NCBI RefSeq assembly: GCF_001194135.2
Contig: NC_068982.1
Coordinates: 137,761,209 to 137,825,208, forward strand
DNA: 64,000 nucleotides
Source of the DNA: Octopus bimaculoides
Lineage: Eukaryota
Direction of reading: 5' to 3'
Below the pieces are notes generated by a model. That model did no database searches, was not told the origin of the DNA, and worked only from the letters and a program-made list of their open reading frames with translations. Every line of letters begins with the position of its first letter. Within the stretch, counting starts at the first letter, position 1. Below, piece after piece: positions 36,231 to 48,537 of this stretch. The translations under genes and the position numbers were made by a program.

Positions 36231-37988
36231 ATCCTCATCCAATGCATGTATATGTATGTTTATATGTCTATGCATACATATCAGATCAGACTGGAGCCTG
36301 GTGCAGCCTTCTGGCTTGCCAGCCCTCAATCAGACCTCCAATCCCTGCCAGCATGGAAAGCGGATATTAAAAGACAATGATGATGATGGGACTTCTACAA
36401 TATAGATCTGTGCTGAGACACAATCATATTCATTGTAATGAAAGTCACTGATTTTTTTAGTCAGATTATATATAATCTATATAGATATCTAGTATTGCAA
36501 GGTCAGACAGTGTAATTTTGTATTATATATATACCCTGTTAACATGATAATGAATCAGATATTATTCATTAACTGTTTTACATTTGTATGTCTGAAATTT
36601 AACCTTATTTTGTCATAGCATCATCTTGTACCCTCACCCAACAGGTTTAAACCTTGTTACCATTTGTGTAAGTAATTCTAATGTTTTTCTTGGGCATGCA
36701 ACCACTTCTCTACAAACTGGGATTATTGACTTCTATAGTCCAATAAGGTCCAGATGTTATTGTGTCCTAGCTTCATTCCAAATGAAACAAAATGTGAAGC
36801 ATTTCTGTATATTTATGATACTATTTAGGTATATTTTATAAAGTATTACGGTGACTTTTTGTAATTAGTTGGTCTTAATTAACATTAGTGACAAATGTAG
36901 TATAACAGAGGTAATGTGAATGGGATTACACATTCCTCGTGATGTTGTTCTTATATTAACAATAACATCACAAAGACAAGTTTCTGTCAGTCAGACCCTT
37001 CTACACAGGTGTAAGTTCCAAGTCCAAATTTACTGGTTACTCGGTTTCTACCCTATCAATGTCAACCACATTGATAAAGGAGATATCAAAGAGGAAGGTA
37101 ACTTTGTTTGATGTATAGATGAGATTTAAATAGAGGTAACCTATATTCTTGAGAATAAGTTCTTTTGTACCATTCCAGATATCTTTGTCACAATATATGG
37201 ATGATCGCTTATATGCAGTTTATGAGATTGAGTGCAAGTGCACAGTGTTTTATGGCACATTACCACTGTCCATTTCACCTGTGTAGATCTAATCATTGTT
37301 CACCTGAAAAGAAACTGCTTTATTAAGGAGGATGAATGACAAGCAAATGTTTTCAAATATTTCAAGAATCAGATGACATTCTGGTGAACTGTAACGTGGG
37401 CGGTTAAAATTAAAGATTACCAGTGGCAACCTTTAACAGAGAGAGAGAGAGACAGACAGAGAGACAGAGACAGAGAGATATATATATAGAGAGAGACAGA
37501 GAGAGACACAGAGAGAGAGCAGGTATATGATGATCCTAAATGAAGTGGTGTGTCATGTGTTTGTGGCTAGATCTTAGATGGACAACCTGGTTGACATTGG
37601 AATTAAGCAGATGATGAGAAGAATATTGGTTAGTAAAGTCTAGAAGTGAGAGGATATAGATATGACTGAAATATAATAAATGAAAGACAAAACTAAATGA
37701 TAAAAATCCTTAACAATTGGTAAATAAATTAGATAATTGCAACATTGTTAGATTAAGTAGGATGTCTTAATATAGAGAGGAGATTTAGGAAGACTAGTTT
37801 GCTCTGTTGTAGACCTAAATATCAAGTTATTACATGGTACCACTGTAGAAAGTATAAAAATGTTGACTGAAATCACAGTGGTCACCAGTTGACCATTAAT
37901 GATAGGAATATCTCACAACATTGAAATATGAATTCCAATAGAGATATAGAAATTTAACTATTAAGTGTAAAACTTGGAAATATTTCAG

Positions 37989-38060
37989 AGAATTCAAGGC
38001 TGACCGAATCGGATCTCCTACAGGTGGCAAAACATTTAGGACCAAACTGGAAGCATGTTG
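37989..38060 (+). CDS. Death domain exon 1: (E)NSRLTESDLLQVAKHLGPNWKHV(G)
   Basis: Acceptor tatttcag|, donor GTTG|GTAAGT; 72 nt, phase 1-1; 'LxxVAxxLGxxWKxVG' matches death-domain helices 1-2. Confidence 0.82.
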
Positions 38061-39628
38061 GTAAGTATAAAATAAGAATACTTAATTGATTTCTATAAGT
38101 TTTACCTACAGTTGAACTTTTGTTTGCTAGAATGACTGTGAACTGGTTCCATTCCTAATTTCCAATTGAAAGATTAACTGTAATGTAATTCTATAAAAGA
38201 TACTGATATTACTGAAATTTCATAAAATATCTACGGAGGTTAGTAATGAAACAACACAATACAGTTGATATTGTCTTTTGGAATTGGGAACTGAAATACA
38301 CCATTGTGTTGGTATAAGCAGGCGAGTTAATGGTAATGTCTTTGTTTTACATTTTTTTCTGAGTTTGTTGATGTTATTGCTGTTTAGCCAGATGTTTATT
38401 GTAATTTGGTTGACATATGATAAAAAGTCTTCTATTTGTGAAATCCCCGACTTGTTTGTGGGAGCATGTTATCAAATGTATCCTTTATAACACGATAGGG
38501 TGTATTTTGAGTGAAGTATGCTTACCTTATTTCTTGCCAGTTTTTATACATCCTCCACACTCAATGCAACATTACACTTTACAAATACACATCATACAAT
38601 CTACTCTTCATCTAGGGATGGAATCCCTTAGTTGCCAGTGGACATAATAGCTTTCAGTGCATTCTTCACTTAATTTTTTTCTCTAACTACAATGCTACAT
38701 GCAAAGTCCTTTCTCTCTGTCAATCTACCTCTGATCCAACTACACCTCTAATGTGTAATGGGTGCACCATACAGAATTCCTGTCAACCCTCCCCTCCCCA
38801 CCACCATCTTTCTTGCATGTCAAATATGGTAACTCTCCAGATGATATAGATACTGATTGACGTAGTGGTTCCTTCAGGACTTAACTGTTTTAGATGTAAA
38901 GTCCAGATGTTGGTACCTCCTATCTTCTTTCCTATTAACTAAAATTCTTTTCATTGCTTGGTTTTCTTTCAGACCTCTCCATTATCAACTTCTCTATAAA
39001 TTGTGGCCTTGATCCAGTGAGTCACGAACCCTAGTTCATGTTTATAGCTAGTGTGTTTTATAATATGCGATGTGTATCTGACAATATTATATTTTGCATT
39101 TTGTGTAGCTGAGATTATTCTGGTATCATATTTGTATTTCATTGGTCCTGCTGCACCCAATATTACCAGTATTGTTTGATAGTCCAATCCCTGCTGTCTA
39201 CATTTTGATACATTATAAATATTAAATAGCCAGAAAAGGAGAGGCATTACACATGCCCTTTTAGGAATTAATCATGTGATGTTATCAGGTGATCATCAGT
39301 ATTTGGAGCAAATGGTGTGACTGTTGGCGATCTATGTTGATTCTTTTGGCTCTGATACACTTTTGCCAACACAAACACTTCTCCTTCCATTTGTTTACCA
39401 GAAATTTTCCCAAAAGTAATTTTCAATTAATCCTTAATTTCTTCTCCACCTTCATCTTTTATTTCAACCTCTGATATTTTTACTAACATCTTTAAAAACA
39501 GAGAACAATGTCTTATACTTTTCGTGTTTCTTAACAATGGTTATTTCTCTACAGATATAGTTTCTTTATTATATTTATGTTACTGTTAATGTTGTTGCAA
39601 TTAGTTCTTGTTTTTGTGTCTTTTGCAG

Positions 39629-39834
39629 GTATCTTTCTGGGCATTGATTTAGTCAGCCTAGAAAATATCAAGCATGATCATGCTAATAACAGTCGAGAAC
39701 AGAGCTTTCAGATGCTAACAACATGGTTTAGAGGCTCCGATTGTAAGACAGATAGAGTTGAAATACTCAGAGAAGCTATTGAAAATGCTGAGTGTTACTA
39801 TGCACTTGAACATCTACCAAAAGACATAAAGTAA
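39629..39834 (+). CDS. Death domain exon 2 (terminal): IFLGIDLVSLENIKHDHANNSREQSFQMLTTWFRGSDCKTDRVEILREAIENAECYYALEHLPKDIK*
   Basis: Strong acceptor tttttgtgtcttttgcag|; 'LG...I....EQ.FQML..W' death-domain signature; TAA at 39832-39834; AATAAA near 39982. Confidence 0.85.
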
Positions 39835-42122
39835 ATTTCTGTGTAAATGCAGATGTTGTTTAGCCCCAGGCCAACCTTGGCTAGACAGAAACCTATGATC
39901 TAATGCATTCCAGCCAGAATCGATTTTCACAGATCATTGCTCATTTTTCTATAAAAAAACTTTATGAATGTATATTTCAAAATAAATCCATAGATTTAAA
40001 ATTTAATAACCATGTTGGAAAATTCTGTAACATAAAAATGATGACACAAGGCATTGGGACAATATATTACTTACTTTTTCCTTCTTTTTTGTTTTGAGTA
40101 GGCAGTACTGTTTGTCTAATGCAATGAAAGAAAAGTTTTTCATGTNNNNNNNNNNNNNNNNNNNNNNNNNNNNNNNNNNNNNNNNNNNNNNNNNNNNNNN
40201 NNNNNNNNNNNNNNNNNNNNNNNNNNNNNNNNNNNNNNNNNNNNNCAAATTCTGCCGAGGTCGACTTTACCTTTCATCCTTTCAGGGTCAATAAAGTAAG
40301 TACCACTTGCGTACTGGGGTCAATCTAATCAACTGCCCCGCTCCCCCAAAATTTCAGGTCTTGTGCCGAGAATAGAAAAGAATATCTACCTTCATTCATA
40401 TTTTTGTTAAAAATTGCATTATGAATTCAGAAAGTAAAAATCTCTTCCTGACAAAAATTTTTCTTTTGAAGAAATTTTTACTTTCTAAATTCATAATGCA
40501 ATTTTTGTTATTGTAAAACATGAATGAAGGTAGATATTGTAACACGTGTAGGTGTTATGAAATTGATTGCTATGTGTTTGTGTTTATGAATTTGTGTTTC
40601 AAGATAACTGATGTGAAATTGTCTGTTGAAACAAATAATGTTATATTTCAGGCAGGTGATTTTTTTTTTGTCAAATAAACACTCACACTACATACTCGTT
40701 CTTCACTCATTTATCATTTTTCTTATTTTAACTAATATCCATTGTCTGCAAATCTTTTTATCACACATCTGTGACCTATTCAATGACCCTTTCTGTCATG
40801 GAAAGGGTCACTGAAGAGATCGCAGATGTGTGACTAAAGATTTGTAGACAATGGACATCAGTTATAATAACAACAGTGATAAATGAGTGAAAATGAATAT
40901 ATAGAGCATGATTTTATTTGGCAAAAAAAATGACCATCCTGAACTATAACAATCATCATCATCATTTAACGTCCACCTTTCATGCTATCATGGGTTGGAC
41001 GATTTGACTGGGGACTGGTGAACCAGATGGCTACACCAGGCTCCAATCTGATCTGGCAGAGTTTCTATAGCTGGATGCCCTTCCTAACGCCAACTACTCT
41101 GAGAGTGTAGTGGGTGCCTTTACGTGCCACCGGCACGAGGGCCTGTCAGGCTGTACTGGCAACGGCCATGCTCAAATTGGTGTATTTTACGGACCACCTG
41201 CACAGGAGCCAGTCCAGTGACACTGGCAACGACCTCGCATGAATGGAAGCCAGACAGCTGCTCTGGCAATGATCACGTTCGGATGGTGCTCTTAGTGCTC
41301 CACTGGCACAGGTGCCAGTCATCGAATTTGGTTCAATCATGATTTCGATTTCACTTGTCCCAACAGGTCTTCACAAGCCGAGTTTAATGTCCAATGAAGG
41401 AGAGGTTTGCATAGGTGCCAGTTGTCGAATTTGGATCGATTTCATTTGCCTCAACAGGTCTTCGCCTGTTTATAATTTTCACCTTTAAAAGTATTTTAAT
41501 ATGCTGGCCAGTTTGATGAAATTTTTTGGAAAAAAAAATATTTATACTCTGTGCAGGCTGTTCCGTTGATCGGATCAACTGGAAGCCTCGACGTCGTAAG
41601 CGACGGAGTGCCAACAACAACATATATATATATACATACTGTGCAGGTAGCACGTAAAATACACCATTTTGAGCGTGGCCGTTGCCAGTACCGCCTGACT
41701 GGCCCTCGTGTCAGTGGCACGTAAAAGCACCCACTACACTCTCAGAGTGGTTGGCATTAGGAAGGGCATCCAGCTGTAGAAACTCTGCCAAATCAGATTG
41801 GAGCGTGGTGTAGCCATCTGATTTCACCAGTCCTCAGTCAAATCGTCCAACCCATGCTAGCATGGAAAGCGGACGTTAAACGATGATGACGATGATGATG
41901 ATGATGATATATATCTATATATTTATATATATACACACATATACATATACAATGGGCGTCCTTCAGTTTCTGAAATTACCAAATCCACTCACAAAGCTTT
42001 GGCCTGCCCAAGGCTATTAGAAGACACTTTCCCAAGATGCTACGCAGTGGGACTGAACCTGGAACCATGTTGTTAGAAAGTAAAGTTCTTACCACACAGC
42101 CACTCTTACATATATATATGTA

Positions 42123-42183
<61 letters not shown>

Positions 42184-42229
42184 GTATATATATATATATA
42201 TAGATATATGTATGTATGTAAATGTGTAT

Positions 42230-42267
<38 letters not shown>

Positions 42268-44199
42268 AGAAAGAGAGAGAAGAGGAAGAGGAGCAGAGAG
42301 TTTATTTGCAATATTTGAAACAATAAAATGTTGAAGGAATAAAAGTAGTGGCAGCAACCATTACTTTTATCGTCCAAATATTAGCTCTCTTTTGTGTGTT
42401 GGTTAATAAATCACAGAGTCAAATTTAATTAAATCTCACCTAATTACTACCTTTGCAAAATGTTCAGGTTATTTCCTAAGTTTTACAATATGCGTGTGTG
42501 TGTCTGTGTGTGTGTATGAGAGAGAGAGATAGTGTGTGTGTGTGTGTGTGTGTGAGTGAGTGAATATGTGTGAGTGTGTGTGTGAGTGTATGTGCGTGTG
42601 TGTGAGTGTGAGAGTGTGCGTGTGTGTGAGTGTGAGCGTGAGTGTGTGTGTGAGTGTGTGTGTGTGAGTGTGTGTGATTGAGTGTGTGTGTGATTGAGTG
42701 TGTGTGTGATTGAGTGTGTGTGTTTGGGTAAGTGAGTGTGTGTGTGTTATTTTGTGTGTGTGTGAGTGAGTGTGTGTGTGTCTGTGTGTGTGTCTGTGTG
42801 TCTGTGTGATTGTGTGTCTGTGTTTAGGTAAGGAACAGGAGTCAAGTGAAAATGTTGCCAGTCCTTGGTCTGCTTTCTTTTGTGTAGTTTTGTCCCTTCT
42901 AGTTTTGAGATCAAATCCTGCTAGCACCTATCTAGTGATTTCCAAATAGACGAATTTATTCAGTTAGCTATGTCACACATCGAAAATATTCCTTTCAAAT
43001 CTTGACACAAGGCTGGCAATTGTGGGGGGAGGCGGTGCAAGTTGATTGCATCAAACCCAGTGCTCAACTGGTACTTATTTTATCAACCCTCAAAGGATGA
43101 AAGACAAAGTCAGCCTTGGTGGAATTTGAACTCAGAACATAAAGTTGGACAAATTGTTACTAAGCAATTTGTGAGGTACACAAACGATTCTGCCAGCTTG
43201 CAGCCATTTTGTCATCCATAATATTGACTCCTTGCTCATTAGAATGAAGTGCATCATCATCATCATCATCATCATCATAGTTTAAACGTCTGCTTTCCAT
43301 GCTGGTATGGGTTGGACGATTTGACTGAGGACTGGTGAACCAGATGGCTGCACTAGGCTCCAATCTGATTTGGCACAGTTTCTACAGTTGGATGCCCTTC
43401 CTAATGCCAACCGAGAGTGTAGTGGGTGCTTTTACGTGCCACCGGCACGAGGGCCAGTGAGGCGGTACTGGCAACAGCCACGCTCAAAATGGTTTTTTTA
43501 TGTGCCACCTGCACAGGAGCCAGTCCAGCGGCACTGGTAACGACCTCACTCGAATATTTTCTAACGTGCCACCGGCACAAGTGCCAGTAAGGCAACGCTG
43601 GTAACGATCATGCTCAAATGGTGCTATTTACATGCCACTAGCACGGAAGCCAGACAGCTGCTCTGGCAATGATCACACTCAGACAGTGCTGTTAGTGCTC
43701 CACTGGCACAGGTGCCAGTCATCGAATATGGTTCAATTACGATTTCGATTTCTCTTGCCCTAACAAGTCCACAAGCAGAGTTTAGCGTCCAATGAAGGAG
43801 AGGTTGGCATGGGTGTCAGTTGTCGAATTTGGTTTGATTTCAATTTCACTTGCCTCAACAGGTCTTCGCAAGCAGAGATTAGTGTCCAAAGGGCCAAATC
43901 ATCATTCTTGTCTGGCCCCAGTCAGCCCGGATTAAGCAATCCTATGATTAAAGGCTTCTCAAAACAGCTTTCACTGCTGGAAAAAATCTTTGTCAAAAAT
44001 TAGGGATTATGGCAAACTTGGAAAATTCAGCAGACTTCAAAAATGGGAATCATTCCTCATAAAGAAATAATATTTTCACACATTGACAACTTAGAACAGA
44101 ATACTTAATTTCAGATAGTGACTTCGACTATGACACACCCTAGTGTATCAATAATATGTCAGGAATATTAATAAGTTTATTATAAGGAAAAACATCATA

Positions 44200-44404
44200 T
44201 TAGGTTGGTGCATAATTATTGCGGGTTTTTTTCCAATAAATTTTATTCAACAAAGACAATTACAACATTTAACAAAAACATCTTTAAATGATTATTCCGA
44301 AGCATATTCACCATCTACTTCAATTTCTGTTTGGTGTTTTGTTTAAATTTTTTGTTGAATAAAATTTATTGAAAAAAAGCCGTAATAATTATGTACCAAC
44401 CTAA
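44200..44404. mobile_element. Mariner-derived MITE
   Basis: TA|TTAGGTTGGTGCATAATTATTGCGG...CCGTAATAATTATGTACCAACCTAA|TA; partial copy at 51350-51490. Confidence 0.88.
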
Positions 44405-45440
44405 TATATTGTGACTCTATGCATATGTGGTTGTGATTTCTTTTTCTAGCCAAAAACTGTGGAGTTAAGTATAAAAAGATTAATAGAAACGATACTTTGA
44501 AATGGAAGAGACATTATTCCCATATATATATTGGCACTACAATTATCATGATGTAGGCTTGAACATTCTGAAACAGTGGCTCTCTACTGGGGTCCGTATG
44601 ACTCAAGTGGATCCATATAAGATTTTGTTGTTAAAGTTTATCTACCATTAATTTTGTTGTCTGGGGAGAGTCCTTTCCTTTTTGTGCCTTATTATTTAAC
44701 ACACTCACCGGTAAGATTTCCACTTATTTTTTTTTTTATTTTTCTAAAATTTTCGTTGCGTCGAACTCAAACTCACATAAAGAATCTTGCAAACCAAATC
44801 CAAAAATGAAATACCATAAATTTGTTATACTTCTACAATTCGCAAAATATTTTAACACTTTTTATACAATTCCTAATAATATTTAATGGCAAAAATACAA
44901 TAAGGTTTTTTTAAAGATCGAATGGCTATGAGTAAAACAAAAATGAAATGGGTCCGTAGATGAAAAATGGCTGAGAACTACTTCTTTGTAACATCAACAG
45001 GTGATGACGAAGTGGAGATAACTCACAAGACTTATGAGAAATTGGAAAACGTCGTTAAAGGGAGACAACAAAAAGAAGGGGGTGACGAGACACGGAAAGT
45101 TTATAGGGAACATGAAAGGTTTGAAATGTTCCTGAATAAGGTTTGTTTAAGGATGTTAAGCAAAACACCCCAAAGAATTCCTCTCAACACATGGCTATAA
45201 TGCTCCCCAACTACTTCTGCTCATGATCAGAAATGCACATATCATCAGCCACCAAGGGACATGCTCAACTGGTTACGGTCAAACAACTGACAAGCAAATC
45301 TCTGGTATTAAACAGAATATTTGCTGTAGCCCATCTTTTATACCAAGACAAAACAATGTACATGATAACACTTCCAATCAATAAAGATGTGAAGCCATGA
45401 GAGCCACTGCCTGGTACTGCATCCGGGCATTTATTATTAC

Positions 45441-45471
<31 letters not shown>

Positions 45472-45519
45472 GATAATATAGGACTGCTATGACTCCTCTG
45501 GATGGAACATGTAAATAAA

Positions 45520-45702
45520 GAAGAAGAGTTCCAGAATTAAATTTGCGGAACAATATTTCGGTATCTCGGTACCTTCAACAGGTTCGAAATTTGATATGTC
45601 AGTCTACTTTATTTTTTTTATAGATATCAAATTTCGAACCTGTTGAAGGTACGCAAGATACCGAAATATTGTTCAGCAAATTTAATTATGGAACTCTTCT
45701 TC
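45520..45702. repeat. Long inverted repeat, about 78-bp arms with a 26-nt spacer; each arm holds a hammerhead-like motif
   Basis: gaagaagagttcca.aattaaatttgc.gaacaatatttcggtatct...ttgatat versus its reverse complement starting at 45624. Confidence 0.92.
45636..45674 (+). ncRNA. Minimal hammerhead-like motif with A6>U core variant (mirror copy at 45548-45585 on -)
   Basis: GAAC-CTGTTGA-A-GGTAcgcaagaTACC-GAA-ATAT-T-GTTC: stem I GAAC/GTTC, stem II GGTA/TACC, palindromic stem III ATAT. Confidence 0.55.
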
Positions 45703-45704
45703 TC

Positions 45705-45743
<39 letters not shown>

Positions 45744-46339
45744 CATCATTATTATTATTTGTGAGAGGGAGTGGTGGGGATTACGGTTTCCAAATATGCA
45801 CTGATACCAATTTTCAAAGTAAAGTCTGAACACAGAATGTGGCCTGACCAGCAATGACTGACTATTGAATAAAGGACATGATATATGGGACTTGTAGAGA
45901 AATGCAAATTTCAAACATTTTTTTGCCAATTATGAAATCAATGTTTCTTCCATCATATTCCAGATATTGGTAGGCAGACATAAATAAATTAAAATTCTAA
46001 TTAGATATCAATAAATTAAAATAAACTGTAATTGCTTCTACGGCTGTTGTATAATTCCATGTTTGCATATTAATTCCATTTAATTATGGAGTTGTTTATC
46101 TCCAAATTTTTTGGATCTTTTTATCCTTTTCATTTTACTTGTTTCAGTCATTAGACTGTGGCCAAGCTGGGGCACTGCCTTGAAGAATTTTTAGTCAAAT
46201 GAATCAACCCCTGTACCTATTTTTTAATTTTTTAAGCTCGGTATCAATCAGTCTCTTTTGCTGAACCACTAAGCTACAGAGATATAAACAGACTAGCATT
46301 GGTTGTCAAGTGGTGGTAGGAGATGAACACACACACAAA

Positions 46340-46387
<48 letters not shown>

Positions 46388-46560
46388 GTAAATAATATAT
46401 AAATGTAGGAGCAGGAGTGGCTGTGTGGTAAGTAGCTTGCTTACCAACCATATGGTTCTGGGTTCAGTCCCACTGTTGAGCAAGTGCATTCTACTATAGT
46501 CTCAGGCCGACCAAAGCCTTGTGAGTGGATTTGGTAGATGGAAACTGAAAGAAACCCATC

Positions 46561-46594
<34 letters not shown>

Positions 46595-47756
46595 GTTTAT
46601 CTGTGTTTGTATGTGTGTGTATGTATGTTTGTGTGTCTGTGTTTGTCCCCCACACCACCATCGCTTGACAACCGATGCTGGTGTGTTTATGTCCCCGTAA
46701 ATTAGTGGTTCAGCAAGAGAGACCGATAGAATAAGTACTGGGCTTACAAAGAATAAGTCCTGGAGTCGATTTGTTTGACTAAAGGCGGTGCTCCAGCATG
46801 GTCACAGTTAGATGACTAAAACAAAAGAATATATATATAAATGCAGAGGAAATCACCAGCGGGGCAAAAAATATGAAATACATAAACAACAAGTAAAAAA
46901 TGGAAAACAGGACAAAAAAAAACACAGAGAAAGGACCCTTCATCAATTGTCGGCTGTCTATCTATTCCTCATTGTGAGCATTCAGCGACAATATGAGTCT
47001 TCAAAGACAGTTGCTCCCATAAATTCTAAAATAAAGTTTAAGATTTTTGTCTGTTACATACATTCGTCCTTTAATGGCTAGTGGCTGTGTGGTAAGTAGC
47101 TTGCTTACCAACCACATGGTTCTGGGTTCAGTCCCACTTCGTGGCACCTTGGGCAAGTGTCTTCTACTATAGCCTCGGGCCGACCAAAGCCTTGTGAGTG
47201 GATTTGGTAGACGGAAACTGAAAGAAGCCCGTCGTATATATATATATACATATATATATATTCAGTCAAATGACTGAAACAAGTAAGAGTAAAAGAGTAT
47301 ATCACCATCACCATCATCATCATTGTCCTTTAATGGCTGTTTCCCATACAAAAATGTATACTTATATCATCATCACCATCACTTGTCTATGCTGGCATGG
47401 GCTGGACAGTTTGACCAACGCTGGCAATGATGATGATGATGATGACCAGCACTGGCATCAGTGGTGGTGGTGGTGGTGGTGGTGGTGATGGTGGTGGTGG
47501 TGGTGGTTGTCGTCGTCGTCGTCGTGGCAGTTCATTTTTGTCTTTGAGACTGTCAACTCAGACATTTGTCTGCCAATATTAAATAAAAAAAAGTGGAAAG
47601 GAAAGAAACAATGAAAAAAAGCACAGAGAAATAAATAAATTTCCTTTGTTAACAGAGTTTGTCATGCGACATAAAGTTGACAACTTCTCTCACCTTATCA
47701 CTAACAGCTCACACACACACACACAGTGGCACACAAAAGCATGTATTCTTGTGTGC

Positions 47757-47788
<32 letters not shown>

Positions 47789-47959
47789 ATTCATAATATA
47801 TATATTCATAATTAGTTTTCGATTTCCAATAATTTCCTCTTCAAATGTAACTTTTATGTGTGTGCATGTGTGTGTGTGTGTCTGCATGTGCACACGTGTG
47901 TCTGCGTGTGCACACGTGTGTGTGTATTTGTGTGTACACATATATATACACACCTAAAC

Positions 47960-47991
<32 letters not shown>

Positions 47992-48025
47992 GTATATACA
48001 TACATGCATACATACATATATATAC

Positions 48026-48068
<43 letters not shown>

Positions 48069-48537
48069 TCGATGAATACATACATGCATCTAACCTTAAG
48101 CGTAATACATACATATATATATAACTCTTTCTGATTTACTTGAAAGCCAGCCACATATTCACAACAATGATGGTTTGCTTCAATGCCCACACTTTCCTGT
48201 TTATAGTCATCATCGTTGCCCTCCAAAAGAAATGTTCTTGTTATTTTGAAGCATTAGGTAAGTCCAAGATTCTTTTAGCTTTTTTCAACCAATTTTCTAC
48301 AGATTTTCATGAAAGAATAAATGGAAGAATACATCTAGTTCTAATATGATTTCAAATTTTTGCATTAGGACAACAATTTTAATGTGATGGGTAAACTGAT
48401 TGTATTGGCCATAGTAGTCATCTGGTGCTTATTTTATCAATCTTGAAATACATATATATATAAATACACACATATACATATATACACACACACACACACA
48501 CACATACACACATATATATATATGTACATACATATAT

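Noticed and set aside
38969-39474. Minus-strand ORF fragments between the death-domain exons
   Set aside because: No recognisable motif; could be old LINE debris but cannot be supported.
39577-39628. Hydrophobic 'MLLLMLLQLVLVFVSFA' as signal peptide of a stand-alone gene
   Set aside because: It is the T-rich polypyrimidine tract of the acceptor at 39628, and the death domain needs the upstream exon for its first helices.
47420-47530. (GAT)n-(GGT)n-(CGT)n run as a coding low-complexity exon
   Set aside because: No flanking splice signals or frame continuity; it lies among SINE fragments.
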